This document shows, in pieces, positions 18,378 through 27,710 of a DNA stretch of 64,000 bases (within the stretch, counting starts at the first letter, position 1; the number at the start of each line of letters is the position of its first letter). The stretch is from contig CANIZL010000008.1 in NCBI GenBank assembly GCA_947471985.1, positions 17,352 through 81,351 on the forward strand. The letters run 5' to 3'. The translations under genes were made by a program, and so were the position numbers. The DNA comes from Verrucomicrobiota bacterium (GTDB lineage: Bacteria > Verrucomicrobiota > Verrucomicrobiia > Limisphaerales > UBA9464). The notes under the pieces were generated by a model, which was not told the DNA's origin, ran no database searches, and saw only the letters and a program-made list of their open reading frames with translations.

Positions 18378-20216
18378 TTAGGTCGCGTCGACGAACTTGA
18401 TGACGCGGCCCTTCTCCGAGCGTTTGCGCTGACCCTCGTCGAGGATCTTCTTGCGCAACCGCAGGTTCTTCGGCGTCGCCTCCACATACTCGTCGACGTC
18501 GATGTACTCCAAGGCCCGTTCCAAGCTGAGCTTCATCGGCGCGTTGAGCTGGATGCCCTTGCCGTCGCCCTGCGAACGCATGTTCGTGAGCTTCTTTTCC
18601 TTCACCGGATTCACCGGGATGTCGTTCTCGCGGGCGTTTTCGCCCACGATCATGCCGATGTAGATCTGGTCGCCGGGTTCCACCATCAGGCGGCCGCGTT
18701 CCTGCACCATGTTCAGCGCATAGGCGGTCGCTTCGCCGCCTTCCATCGAAACGAGGGATCCATTCTTTCGTGCCGCGATCTCGCCGCGATCCGTGCCGTA
18801 TTCGTGGAACAAATGGCTCATCACGCCCATGCCCTTGGTCATGTTCACGAGGTCGGTCTCGAAGCCGATCAGCCCGCGCATCGGCGCCAGCGCTTCCACG
18901 GAGACCGTGTTGCCGACGTGGTTCATGCCCGTGATCTGGGCCTTGCGGAAGGCGAGGTTTTCCATCACCGAACCGAGATTCTCGGACGGGACTTCCACGT
19001 ACACCTTCTCGATGGGCTCCAGCGGATTACCGGATTCGTCTTTCTTCCAGAGCACTTCCGGGCGGGAGACGAGCACCTCGTAACCCTCACGCCGCATCTG
19101 CTCGACCAGGATCGCGATCTGCATCTCGCCGCGTCCGGCCACCGCGAACACCTTGGGATCGCTGGTCTGCGCGATACGCAACGCGACGTTGGTCCGAATT
19201 TCCTTCACCAGCCGGTCCCAGATGTGCCGGGCCGTCACCAGTTTGCCATCCACGCCACCCAGCGGTCCGTCATTCACGGCGAACTCCATCTGAATCGTCG
19301 GCGGATCAATCGGGATGTACGGCAGCGGCGGGCGCACTTCGGAATCACAAATGGATTCACCGATGAACACCTCTTCGAAGCCGGTAACACCGACGATGTC
19401 GCCGGCGTGGGCCTCGGGAATCTCGATCCGCTTCATACCCTCGAAGTGGTAGATCTGCGTGATCTTGTTCCGGGACACCTTGCCATTGCCGTGACGGCAG
19501 ATGGCCGAGTCACCGACCTTGACCTTGCCTTCGTAAATCTTGCCGAACGCAATCCGGCCGAGGTAATCGCTGTAATCGAGGTTGGCGATCAGGATCTGGA
19601 ATCCCTCTCCGGCATGGGCGCGCGGCGGCGGGATGTGCTTGACGATCGCATCGAAAAGCGGCTCCATCGTGCCCGTGACGTGGTCGAGTTCCAACTTGGC
19701 GTAGCCCTGTTTGGCCGAGCAGTAGATGAAGGGGAAATCGAGCTGCTCATCCGTGGCGTTGAGGCTCATGAAGAGCTCGAACACCTGGTCCAGCACCTTC
19801 TTCGGATTGGCGTTGTCGCGGTCGATCTTGTTGATGACGACAATCGGCTTGGCTCCGGCTTCGAGCGCCTTGCGCAAAACGAAACGGGTCTGCGCCTGCG
19901 GACCTTCGGCGGAATCCACCACCAGGAGCACACCGTCGATCATGTTCATGATCCGCTCCACCTCGCCGCCGAAATCCGCGTGTCCGGGGGTGTCGACGAT
20001 GTTGATGTGGTAGTTCTTGTATTTGAAGGCCGCGTTCTTGGCCCGGATGGTGATGCCCTTTTCCTTCTCCAGATCCATGGAGTCCATGAGGCGCTCCACC
20101 GAGGTCTCGGCCTGGTTTGAACGGAATGTCCCGGACTGCTTCAGAAGGCAATCGACCAACGTCGTCTTGCCGTGATCGACGTGCGCGATGATCGCAATGT
20201 TACGAATATGCTGCAT
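18378..20216 (-). CDS. typA: Translational GTPase TypA/BipA
   Basis: IRNIAIIAHVDHGKTT, DTPGHADFGGEVER, NKID, GRGE, and C-terminal EYVEATPKNLRLRK. Confidence 0.97.
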   Translation of the reverse strand: MQHIRNIAIIAHVDHGKTTLVDCLLKQSGTFRSNQAETSVERLMDSMDLEKEKGITIRAKNAAFKYKNYHINIVDTPGHADFGGEVERIMNMIDGVLLVVDSAEGPQAQTRFVLRKALEAGAKPIVVINKIDRDNANPKKVLDQVFELFMSLNATDEQLDFPFIYCSAKQGYAKLELDHVTGTMEPLFDAIVKHIPPPRAHAGEGFQILIANLDYSDYLGRIAFGKIYEGKVKVGDSAICRHGNGKVSRNKITQIYHFEGMKRIEIPEAHAGDIVGVTGFEEVFIGESICDSEVRPPLPYIPIDPPTIQMEFAVNDGPLGGVDGKLVTARHIWDRLVKEIRTNVALRIAQTSDPKVFAVAGRGEMQIAILVEQMRREGYEVLVSRPEVLWKKDESGNPLEPIEKVYVEVPSENLGSVMENLAFRKAQITGMNHVGNTVSVEALAPMRGLIGFETDLVNMTKGMGVMSHLFHEYGTDRGEIAARKNGSLVSMEGGEATAYALNMVQERGRLMVEPGDQIYIGMIVGENARENDIPVNPVKEKKLTNMRSQGDGKGIQLNAPMKLSLERALEYIDVDEYVEATPKNLRLRKKILDEGQRKRSEKGRVIKFVDAT

Positions 20217-20405
20217 AAAATGAAATCTTTCCCCACTTGGGGGAAATCGTAAAATGGCGGTTCCCGCCTTGGGGTCAAGATTGAGCTTTTAGGGAGTCGA
20301 AAGTTCACCTTTTCGACACCTCCCGGCGCCGGGCGCCGCTTTCGCCCGTTCGTTTCCGTCGCGACACCGCACCCTCCGGCGGGCTTCTTTGCGCGAGTCC
20401 GTCAC

Positions 20406-21977
20406 ATGTGGTTACCTGCGACCATGCCTGCAGTCCCCTTTGCCGAAGTCGCCCTGCGCCTGCGCCCCGACGATGACGTCGCGGTCGCCAAATCCCCCCT
20501 GAAGGCCGGCTGCGAGATCGCCGACGGCCCGCAGGTGCTGTGTCTGAACCAGGACATCGGCCGGGGCCATAAATTCGCCGTCCGCCCGCTGGCGGACGGG
20601 TCGATCATTCGCAAGTACGGCCAGACGATCGGCTTCGCCCGCGGCGCTATCCGCCCCGGCGACCACGTCCACCTGCACAATCTGGCGGTCCGCGACTTCG
20701 CCCGGGATTACGAATTCGGCACCAACGTCCGACCACTGCCCCCGCTACCGGCCGGATCCGAGCGTACGTTCCCGGGTTTCCTGCGTCCCGGCGGCCGGGT
20801 GGGGACGCGCAACTACGTGGCGGTCATCTCGAGCGTCAACTGCTCGGCTTCCGTCTCAAAATACGTCGCCGAACGCTTCCGCGGACCCGACTTCGCCCGC
20901 AATTTCCCCGGGGTCGATGGGGTCGTGGCCTTCACCCATAAGAGCGGTTGCGCGATGCCCGACGACGAACCCACCCGCCTCTTGCAGCGCGTTCTGGCCG
21001 GCATCGCCCGCCATCCCAACATCGCCGGGTACGTCCTCATTGGCCTCGGTTGCGAGGTCAATCAGACCGAGCGGTTGGTGAAGGATTTCCATCTCGACCG
21101 CCTGCAACCCGGCGAACAGGCCCCGGCGGTGATGAACATCCAAACGCAGGGGGGCATTGCCAAAACCATCACGGCCGCTGTCGCGGCGGTGGAAAAACTC
21201 CTGCCCGCGGCCGCCGCCCAGCGCCGCCAACCGATGCCCCTGAGCAAGCTGACCCTCGGCCTGAACTGCGGAGGTTCGGACGGCGCCAGCGGGATTACGG
21301 CCAATCCGGCCCTCGGCGTGGCCAGCGATGAACTCGTCCGGCACGGCGCCGCGAGTGTCCTGGCGGAGACCCCGGAGATTTACGGAGCGGAACACCTATT
21401 GACCCGCCGCGCCCTTTCCCGGGAGATCGGCGAGAAGCTCGTGGCCCAGATCCGCTGGTGGGAAGCCCACGCCCGGCTGCACGGCGCATCCATCGACAAC
21501 AACCCCAGCGTGGGCAACAAGGCCGGCGGCCTGACCACGATTTACGAAAAAAGCCTCGGCGCCCTCGCCAAGGGTGGCCAGGCACCGCTCGCCGCGGTCT
21601 ATCAATACGCCGAGGCCATTACCACACCCGGACTGGGCTTCATGGACACCCCGGGCTTCGATCCGGTGAGCATGACTGGCCTGGTCTGCGGCGGTGCGAA
21701 CGTGGGCGTCTTCACCACCGGCCGCGGCAGCGTCTACGGCTGCAAACCGATGCCCTGTATCAAGGTCGCCACCAACACCACGTTGTACGATTGGATGCGG
21801 GACGACATGGACATCAATGCCGGCACGATCCTCGACGGCACGGAGACGGTGGATCAGGTCGGTCACCGGATTCTGGAGGAAATCATCGCCGTGGCCGGCG
21901 GCAAACGGACCAAGAGCGAACTTCAGGGAATCGGTGACGAGGAGTTTGCCCCGTGGTTGCTGGGGCCGGTGTTTTGA
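20406..21977 (+). CDS. UxaA/GarD-family sugar-acid dehydratase (SAF plus GD_AH_C)
   Basis: GHKFA...IRKYGQTIG...HVHLHN, GTRNY...SVNCS, GLGCE, CGGSDG, NPS.GNKAGGLTTIYEKSLG and FTTGRGS. Confidence 0.92.
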   Translation: MWLPATMPAVPFAEVALRLRPDDDVAVAKSPLKAGCEIADGPQVLCLNQDIGRGHKFAVRPLADGSIIRKYGQTIGFARGAIRPGDHVHLHNLAVRDFARDYEFGTNVRPLPPLPAGSERTFPGFLRPGGRVGTRNYVAVISSVNCSASVSKYVAERFRGPDFARNFPGVDGVVAFTHKSGCAMPDDEPTRLLQRVLAGIARHPNIAGYVLIGLGCEVNQTERLVKDFHLDRLQPGEQAPAVMNIQTQGGIAKTITAAVAAVEKLLPAAAAQRRQPMPLSKLTLGLNCGGSDGASGITANPALGVASDELVRHGAASVLAETPEIYGAEHLLTRRALSREIGEKLVAQIRWWEAHARLHGASIDNNPSVGNKAGGLTTIYEKSLGALAKGGQAPLAAVYQYAEAITTPGLGFMDTPGFDPVSMTGLVCGGANVGVFTTGRGSVYGCKPMPCIKVATNTTLYDWMRDDMDINAGTILDGTETVDQVGHRILEEIIAVAGGKRTKSELQGIGDEEFAPWLLGPVF

Positions 21978-22116
21978 GGCAGCCGCGGTCGTCCGCTGCC
22001 AGGCACTTCGGAGGCCAGGGCGATCTTCCTCCGTGGGGATCGACGGAAGGTATTCGCCTCCCCGTTCTTCACGTCAAAAGAACGGTGACCGGCGAATGTC
22101 CCTTTCCAAGGGCGAG

Positions 22117-22701
22117 CTACTTCGCCAGCACCGGAGCGCCCGCACCGAATTTCAGGCTGGGCTTTTCGGCGGTGGCACTCACTTCCAAACCAATCCAATG
22201 CCCGTTGGCCGAGTGCGCGGGGAAACCGCAGGCGAGCGCATAATCACCCGCTTCCTCAGCCGTGAACCGAAATTCAACCCCCTTTTTACCCGTTGTGCCC
22301 CGCAGCGGAGTCGGGGTGGACGCACCTTTGAAGGCAGGTTCACCCATTTGGATCTTCCGCACGAAACTGCGCTCGACCACGATGGCGCTGTGCGGCACGG
22401 GGCTGTTGTTGGTAAAATTCACCACCACCTGCCATCCCTGCGGAATGACGTATTGGGCGCCCCCTTTGGCAAAGCCATTAAAATTCATGCCGTAGTTCGC
22501 CGCATTGTAAGCCGCGATTATGACTAATTTCACCGTCTTGGGCGCGGACGGATCGAGGGCGATGAACATGTCCTCTTTCGGTTCGGCGGTTTTGGCGCCT
22601 TCAGCAACCGCATGCGCCGCGTGACCGGCCGGCGGAGCGTCTTCGGCACGGAGACCCAGCGACAGGCCGAGCAACAGGGCGAGGGAAAAGCGAGGGGGCA
22701 T
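22117..22701 (-). CDS. Exported sulfocyanin-like cupredoxin
   Basis: Signal peptide, then MNFNG...IPQGWQVVVNFTN.S.VPHS and a C-terminal copper loop YALACGFPAHSANGHW. Confidence 0.8.
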   Translation of the reverse strand: MPPRFSLALLLGLSLGLRAEDAPPAGHAAHAVAEGAKTAEPKEDMFIALDPSAPKTVKLVIIAAYNAANYGMNFNGFAKGGAQYVIPQGWQVVVNFTNNSPVPHSAIVVERSFVRKIQMGEPAFKGASTPTPLRGTTGKKGVEFRFTAEEAGDYALACGFPAHSANGHWIGLEVSATAEKPSLKFGAGAPVLAK

Positions 22702-22792
22702 GGCGTTAAAACAACAGAGCAACGGACGAGTGCAGGATGAAATATAGCTTGGAAAAGCGGCCGGGAGGGGCATCCGCCCCTCCCGCGATCCG

Positions 22793-24148
22793 TCATTCGA
22801 GCGGAGCCAGCTCCGCCCCGGCGGGAACTTTGTCGGCCGGGACCAGCATCCACACCGCGCCCCGCTCATTCTGCGCGGGATCCGCCGGCCCGCCGTAGTT
22901 CGCCTTGGCATCCGTCACGTAAAGTGTGCCGTCGGAAGCCTGGCCACCGCCGGTAAACATCAATTTGGTGTCCAGCAATTCCTCCATCTGCCAGTTGCCC
23001 TTGGCATCACGGGCGGTTCCCCACAATTTCCCCGAACCCCAGTCGCCAAAGAAATAGGTGCCGTCCATTTGCGGGAATTTCGCACCGCGATAGACCCCGA
23101 AGCCGATCACGCAGTTACCCTGATCCACGTGACTGTATTCGCAGATGGGCATCTCGCCCACCCGCGGGGCATCCTTTACCGCTTCAAGGTCCGGTTTACC
23201 GGCCGCATCCAGCGGCAACGGAAACGGATGGGTGGCACACATGAATTTCCATCCATAATTCACGCCCCCTTTGCCCTTGGGCTCGAAATCAATCTCTTCG
23301 TAGTGGTTCTGCCCAACATCGGCGATGTACATGTCCCCGCTCTTCGGATCGAACTGAAACGTCCACGGATTGCGCAGGCCATAACTCCAAATCTCGGGCC
23401 GCGCATTGGGATGCAGTTTATTGAAGGCTTCCTCGGTCACCCCAAAGAGCTTCATCTGCGAGCCTGGGGTGATAAACGGATTATCCTTGGGAATGGAGTA
23501 TCCCCGGTCCGGTGAGGTGGGGTTCACATCGATGCGCAGGATCTTCGACAGCAGGGTGGTCAGGTCCTGGCCCGCACCCAGCACGTCGCCTTCCCATCCG
23601 CCGTCGCCACTCCCGATATAGAGATAACCGTCCGGGCCGAAAGCGATTTCGCCGCCGTTATGATTGGCGTAGGGGCGGGGCATCTGGAAAACCACCCGGG
23701 CCGACTCAGGATCGGCGCGATCGGGATTCTTTGGGGAGACGCGATACTCGACAATGAAGGTGGCACCATTGAACCACATATCAGAGTAGCTGACATAGAA
23801 CTTGCCGTTCTCGGCGTACTTCGGATGGAATTCCAAATCGTACAGGCCCTGCTCCAAAAATGAGCTGACCACCGTATCGTGGATGTCGAGGAAGGGTTTG
23901 TCCTGGACCTTGCCGTCCTTGATCAGGCGCACGACCCCGGTGCGCTCGCAGACGAACAAACGCTGGTTATCGCCCGGGGCCAACGCAACGCGGACGGGGT
24001 CGACAAATCCGCCGGCAACCTTGACGAGGGCGACCTTGACCGGCTTGGGCAGTTTGCCGCCGGAAACGGCCGTGTTGTGCTTGGGCTCAGCCGCCATGGT
24101 GGCGACGGACATCGCCGCTACGAGCGCGAGGAGTGCTTTGGATTTCAT
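22793..24148 (-). CDS. PQQ-dependent sugar dehydrogenase (GSDH/soluble GDH beta-propeller family), exported
   Basis: Signal peptide MKSKALLALVAA, then EQGL..LEFHP, NHNGG.IAFGPDGYLY..GDGG, KILRIDV, GLRNPW and ADVGQ. Confidence 0.9.
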   Translation of the reverse strand: MKSKALLALVAAMSVATMAAEPKHNTAVSGGKLPKPVKVALVKVAGGFVDPVRVALAPGDNQRLFVCERTGVVRLIKDGKVQDKPFLDIHDTVVSSFLEQGLYDLEFHPKYAENGKFYVSYSDMWFNGATFIVEYRVSPKNPDRADPESARVVFQMPRPYANHNGGEIAFGPDGYLYIGSGDGGWEGDVLGAGQDLTTLLSKILRIDVNPTSPDRGYSIPKDNPFITPGSQMKLFGVTEEAFNKLHPNARPEIWSYGLRNPWTFQFDPKSGDMYIADVGQNHYEEIDFEPKGKGGVNYGWKFMCATHPFPLPLDAAGKPDLEAVKDAPRVGEMPICEYSHVDQGNCVIGFGVYRGAKFPQMDGTYFFGDWGSGKLWGTARDAKGNWQMEELLDTKLMFTGGGQASDGTLYVTDAKANYGGPADPAQNERGAVWMLVPADKVPAGAELAPLE

Positions 24149-24364
24149 GGATTTGGTATGAGATTTTCGGGACTGGAGAGCGTTGGTAAAATCAGTGCAG
24201 GCAAGCAGCATCATTTGCGGTGAGCGGCCGCCGCCACGTCGGAGAACAGCGGCAGGGATTTTTGCACCGAGCGGGCCACCCCCCAAACGAGCGGAAGCCC
24301 GACGAGCAGCCAGGTGACGAGCAATTTGAAGCGGTTCATTTTCGGGTGGGTTTGCCGGACCTTT

Positions 24365-25705
24365 TCAGGGCGCGAGATGATGTTTCGGATGCACCGGCCG
24401 CACGAGCAGGTTGGCGACGAGCCCGACCATCAGGATGCCCCCCATCAGGTACATCGTGGAGTTATAGGCCTCGGCCTTGGGTACGCCCGCAGCCTTCTTC
24501 GCCGTGGAGATATAATTCACAAGCATGGGTCCCACGATGGCGGCCAACGACCAGGCCGTGATCAGACGGCCATGGATGGCTCCGACCTGATGCGTGCCGA
24601 AGGCATCGCGGAGGTACGCCGGAATGGTGGCAAATCCACCTCCATACATCGAGATGATCAAAGCGGTGACCGCGACGAACAGCGCCTTGTTTCCCAATTG
24701 CTGGGTGAGCGGAATCGAGACGTACAAGGCCGCACCCAGCAGAAAATAGATCGTGTAAACGGTTCGGCGACCCGTGAGATCCGAAACCGAAGACCAAAGG
24801 AATCGCCCACCCATGTTGAAAATGGAAAGCAATCCGGCGAACCCACCCCCCACCGCCGCACTGACCCCAAACATATCCTGACACATCAGCGACGCCTGTC
24901 CGAGCACACCAATCCCGGCACTCACATTCATGCAGAGGACAACCCATAACAGCCAGAATTGGGGTGTCTTCCAGGCGATATCGACGGCGACGTTGTGGGT
25001 CACCGCGGCCCGGCGGCCGGTTTTCAGAGGTGTCCAGCCATCGGGCTTCCAACCCAACGGCGGAACCCGCACCATCAGGGCACCCAGGCACATCCAGATG
25101 GCATACAATCCGGCCATGGTCATGAACGCCGAAGCCACACCCGTGTTCGTCGGAGTCTTAAACCGGTTCATAAGTTCGACGCCCAGGGGGGCACCGATTA
25201 GCGCCCCACCACCGAATCCCATGATCGCGAGACCGGTCGCCATGCCCGGTCGATCGGGAAACCACCGCATCAGGGTGGATACCGGCGCGATGTAGCCCAA
25301 CCCCAAACCGATCCCACCAATCAAGCCATATCCCAGGTAAACGAGCCAGAGCTGATGCATCCGCACCCCGACCGAGGCGACCAAAAGTCCGCCGCAAAAA
25401 CAGGCGGCGCTGGTGAACATGGTTTTTTTGGGGCCGCTGCGTTCGACCCATTTGCCAAAAAACGCCGCGGAAAGGCCCAGCATCACCAACGCGATGGAGT
25501 AAATCCAACCGACCTGAGGAATGGTCCAGTCGGCGGCGGTTTTCCCCAATTCCCGGGTGAGCGGTTCGTTGAAAACGCTGAAGCCGTAAACCTGACCGAT
25601 GCAAATATGGACCGCGATGGCGGCCGGCGGAACCATCCAGCGATTGAAGCCCGGCTCGGCCACGGTGGCTTTGCGGGAAAAGAAGGAGGGCAATCCAGGA
25701 GTCAT
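24365..25705 (-). CDS. OFA-family (oxalate:formate antiporter/YhjX-like) MFS transporter
   Basis: NRW.VPPAA..H.CIGQ.Y, GIGLGLGYI.PVSTL.RWFPDR.G.ATG.AIMGFGGGA, YGGGFATIPAYL.D.FG and AIHGRLITAWS. Confidence 0.92.
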   Translation of the reverse strand: MTPGLPSFFSRKATVAEPGFNRWMVPPAAIAVHICIGQVYGFSVFNEPLTRELGKTAADWTIPQVGWIYSIALVMLGLSAAFFGKWVERSGPKKTMFTSAACFCGGLLVASVGVRMHQLWLVYLGYGLIGGIGLGLGYIAPVSTLMRWFPDRPGMATGLAIMGFGGGALIGAPLGVELMNRFKTPTNTGVASAFMTMAGLYAIWMCLGALMVRVPPLGWKPDGWTPLKTGRRAAVTHNVAVDIAWKTPQFWLLWVVLCMNVSAGIGVLGQASLMCQDMFGVSAAVGGGFAGLLSIFNMGGRFLWSSVSDLTGRRTVYTIYFLLGAALYVSIPLTQQLGNKALFVAVTALIISMYGGGFATIPAYLRDAFGTHQVGAIHGRLITAWSLAAIVGPMLVNYISTAKKAAGVPKAEAYNSTMYLMGGILMVGLVANLLVRPVHPKHHLAP

Positions 25706-25839
25706 CCGATGATTTGAACGGCAGTGGTGGCGGCAAGGATCATGCGGCCAATTGCTGGACGCCAGAAGAAAAATGACGCATCCGCGCCGTGAATTGCCCA
25801 TCAAGCCCGATGTCGATCGGCTTTCTTCAGGGCCATGCA

Positions 25840-25854
25840 GTGGGAAATTCCCAC
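25840..25854. promoter_or_regulatory. Candidate operator (7-1-7 palindrome)
   Basis: GTGGGAA-A-TTCCCAC, about 135 bp upstream of the MFS start in a ~500-bp intergenic region. Confidence 0.35.
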
Positions 25855-26210
25855 CGAAAGGCGAAGCAAAGCGGACTTCCCCTTCTCCGCGGCGGGAGGG
25901 AACCTACCGCGCCCTTAGCCGGGCATCGCAGGGGTTCGGGCTGTCCGCGACAACGGTGGTGCCCGGGGAATAGCGGGGGAACGCACCGTGTCCCACCGGC
26001 CCTCAGCCACCCGCGACCGCGAGACCTGAATCCACGATCGGGTATTCAACGGCACTCGATCGGCTGACGCTGAAAAATCGACGCCCGGTCGGTTACGCCT
26101 GACTTTTTACAGCCGGTGCACTCAGGTAGTGCGCCACCGGGCCACCAAACGACACCGCTCTCCCCGCTCGTCGGAACGTGTGCGCCATCGATGGTGGAAG
26201 AAGCGCCGTT

Positions 26211-27686
26211 TCAGGCGAGGATCTCTTTCACCACGCGGGCTTCTTCCACGCCGGTCAGCCGTTGGTCCAATCCCTGAAATCGATGGCTGAATCGGCGATG
26301 ATCAATGCCCAGACAATGCAGGATCGTCGCGTTGATCTGGTTCACGTGCACCGGGTTCTCGGTGATGTTGTAACTGTAATCATCCGTCGCCCCGTAAACC
26401 GTGCCCGGCTTCACGCCACCTCCCGCCATCCACATGCAGAAGTTCCGCGGATGATGGTCCCGGCCGTAGTTGTCCTTGGTGAGCGTGCCCTGCGAATACA
26501 CCGTGCGACCAAATTCCCCGCCCCAGACCACCAGCGTGTCGTCCAGCAGCCCCCGCTGCCGCAGATCGCGGATCAACGCGCCGATGGGTTGGTCCGTATC
26601 CAGGCACTGATTGCGCAGGGCGGTGGGCAGATTGTCGTGCTGATCCCAGCCGCGATGCAACAACTGCACCACGCGCACGCCTCGTTCGATCAAGCGCCGG
26701 GCCAATAACGCGGATTGCGCAAAGGAACCGCCCCGCTTCACGTCGGGACCGTACATCTCCAAAGTGGCGGCGGATTCGCCCGACAGATCCGTGAGCTCCG
26801 GCACGCTGGCCTGCATTCGGAACGCCATTTCGTACTGCGCAATGCGCGTCTGGATATCCGGATCGCCCAACCGCTCGTAGCTCTGTTGGTTCAACTGGTT
26901 CAGGGCGTCGAGCATCGTGCGCCGATCCGTGGTCTCGATCCCGGGCGGATTGGGCAGATACAGCACCGGATCCCCCGCCCCGCGCAGCGCCACGCCACTG
27001 CATCGACCCGGCAGAAAACCGCTGCCCCACATCCGATGATAGAGCGCCTGGCCGTTGCCCGTGCTCGGGAAGGTCGGGGTGAAAACCACAAACGCCGGCA
27101 GGTTGTTGCTTTCACTGCCCAGTCCGTACGCCAGCCACGAACCAATGCTGGCCTTGCCGGGGATCTCCGAGCCCGTCATGACAAACGTGCAGGCCGGATC
27201 ATGATTGATGGCGTTGGTGAACACGCTGCGCACCACCGCAATTTCGTCCACGACCCCGGCCGTGTGCGGCAGCAGTTCGCTCACCCACGTGCCGCTGCGA
27301 CCGTGCTGCGCGAAGGCAAATTTGGACGGCGCCACCGGGAACCGTTTCTGCCCGCTGGTCATCGTGCTCAATCGCTGCGCGTGGCGAATCGAGTCCGGCA
27401 AATCCTCGTCGAAGCGGGATCGCAGGCCGGGTTTGTAATCCCAGAGATCAATCTGCGACGGCGCGCCGTTCATGTGCAGATAAATCAGACGCTTGGCGCG
27501 TGGGGCGAAGTGCGGGAAGCCCGGCAGAGGTGGATGCACCCGTTCCGCCGCAACGGCCGGTGCCGCGTCGCCCCACCCCCGACCGGCCAGCAGGCCACCG
27601 AGCGCGATGGAGCCCAAGCGCAGTCCCGTTGTGCCGAAGAATTGCCGGCGCGTCTGCTGTACGTGGTATTCTAAAAGTGGATCCAT
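26211..27686 (-). CDS. DUF1501 family protein (Tat-type leader)
   Basis: [46 protein letters not shown]...[13 protein letters not shown] and GRDHH. Confidence 0.92.
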   Translation of the reverse strand: MDPLLEYHVQQTRRQFFGTTGLRLGSIALGGLLAGRGWGDAAPAVAAERVHPPLPGFPHFAPRAKRLIYLHMNGAPSQIDLWDYKPGLRSRFDEDLPDSIRHAQRLSTMTSGQKRFPVAPSKFAFAQHGRSGTWVSELLPHTAGVVDEIAVVRSVFTNAINHDPACTFVMTGSEIPGKASIGSWLAYGLGSESNNLPAFVVFTPTFPSTGNGQALYHRMWGSGFLPGRCSGVALRGAGDPVLYLPNPPGIETTDRRTMLDALNQLNQQSYERLGDPDIQTRIAQYEMAFRMQASVPELTDLSGESAATLEMYGPDVKRGGSFAQSALLARRLIERGVRVVQLLHRGWDQHDNLPTALRNQCLDTDQPIGALIRDLRQRGLLDDTLVVWGGEFGRTVYSQGTLTKDNYGRDHHPRNFCMWMAGGGVKPGTVYGATDDYSYNITENPVHVNQINATILHCLGIDHRRFSHRFQGLDQRLTGVEEARVVKEILA

Positions 27687-27710
27687 AATCAAAAAAGCCC
27701 GCCGAAGGGC

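Noticed and set aside
18210-20120. Long + strand ORF opposite typA, and similar antisense ORFs (1926-4148, 7718-9736, 32791-34728, 46104-48545, 50699-52672)
   Set aside because: These are antisense shadows of well-supported genes, expected from GC-rich codon bias, and they carry no motifs.
25860-26210. Long GC-rich intergenic region as a possible ncRNA
   Set aside because: It has some hairpins but no recognisable RNA family. An Rfam scan would be needed.
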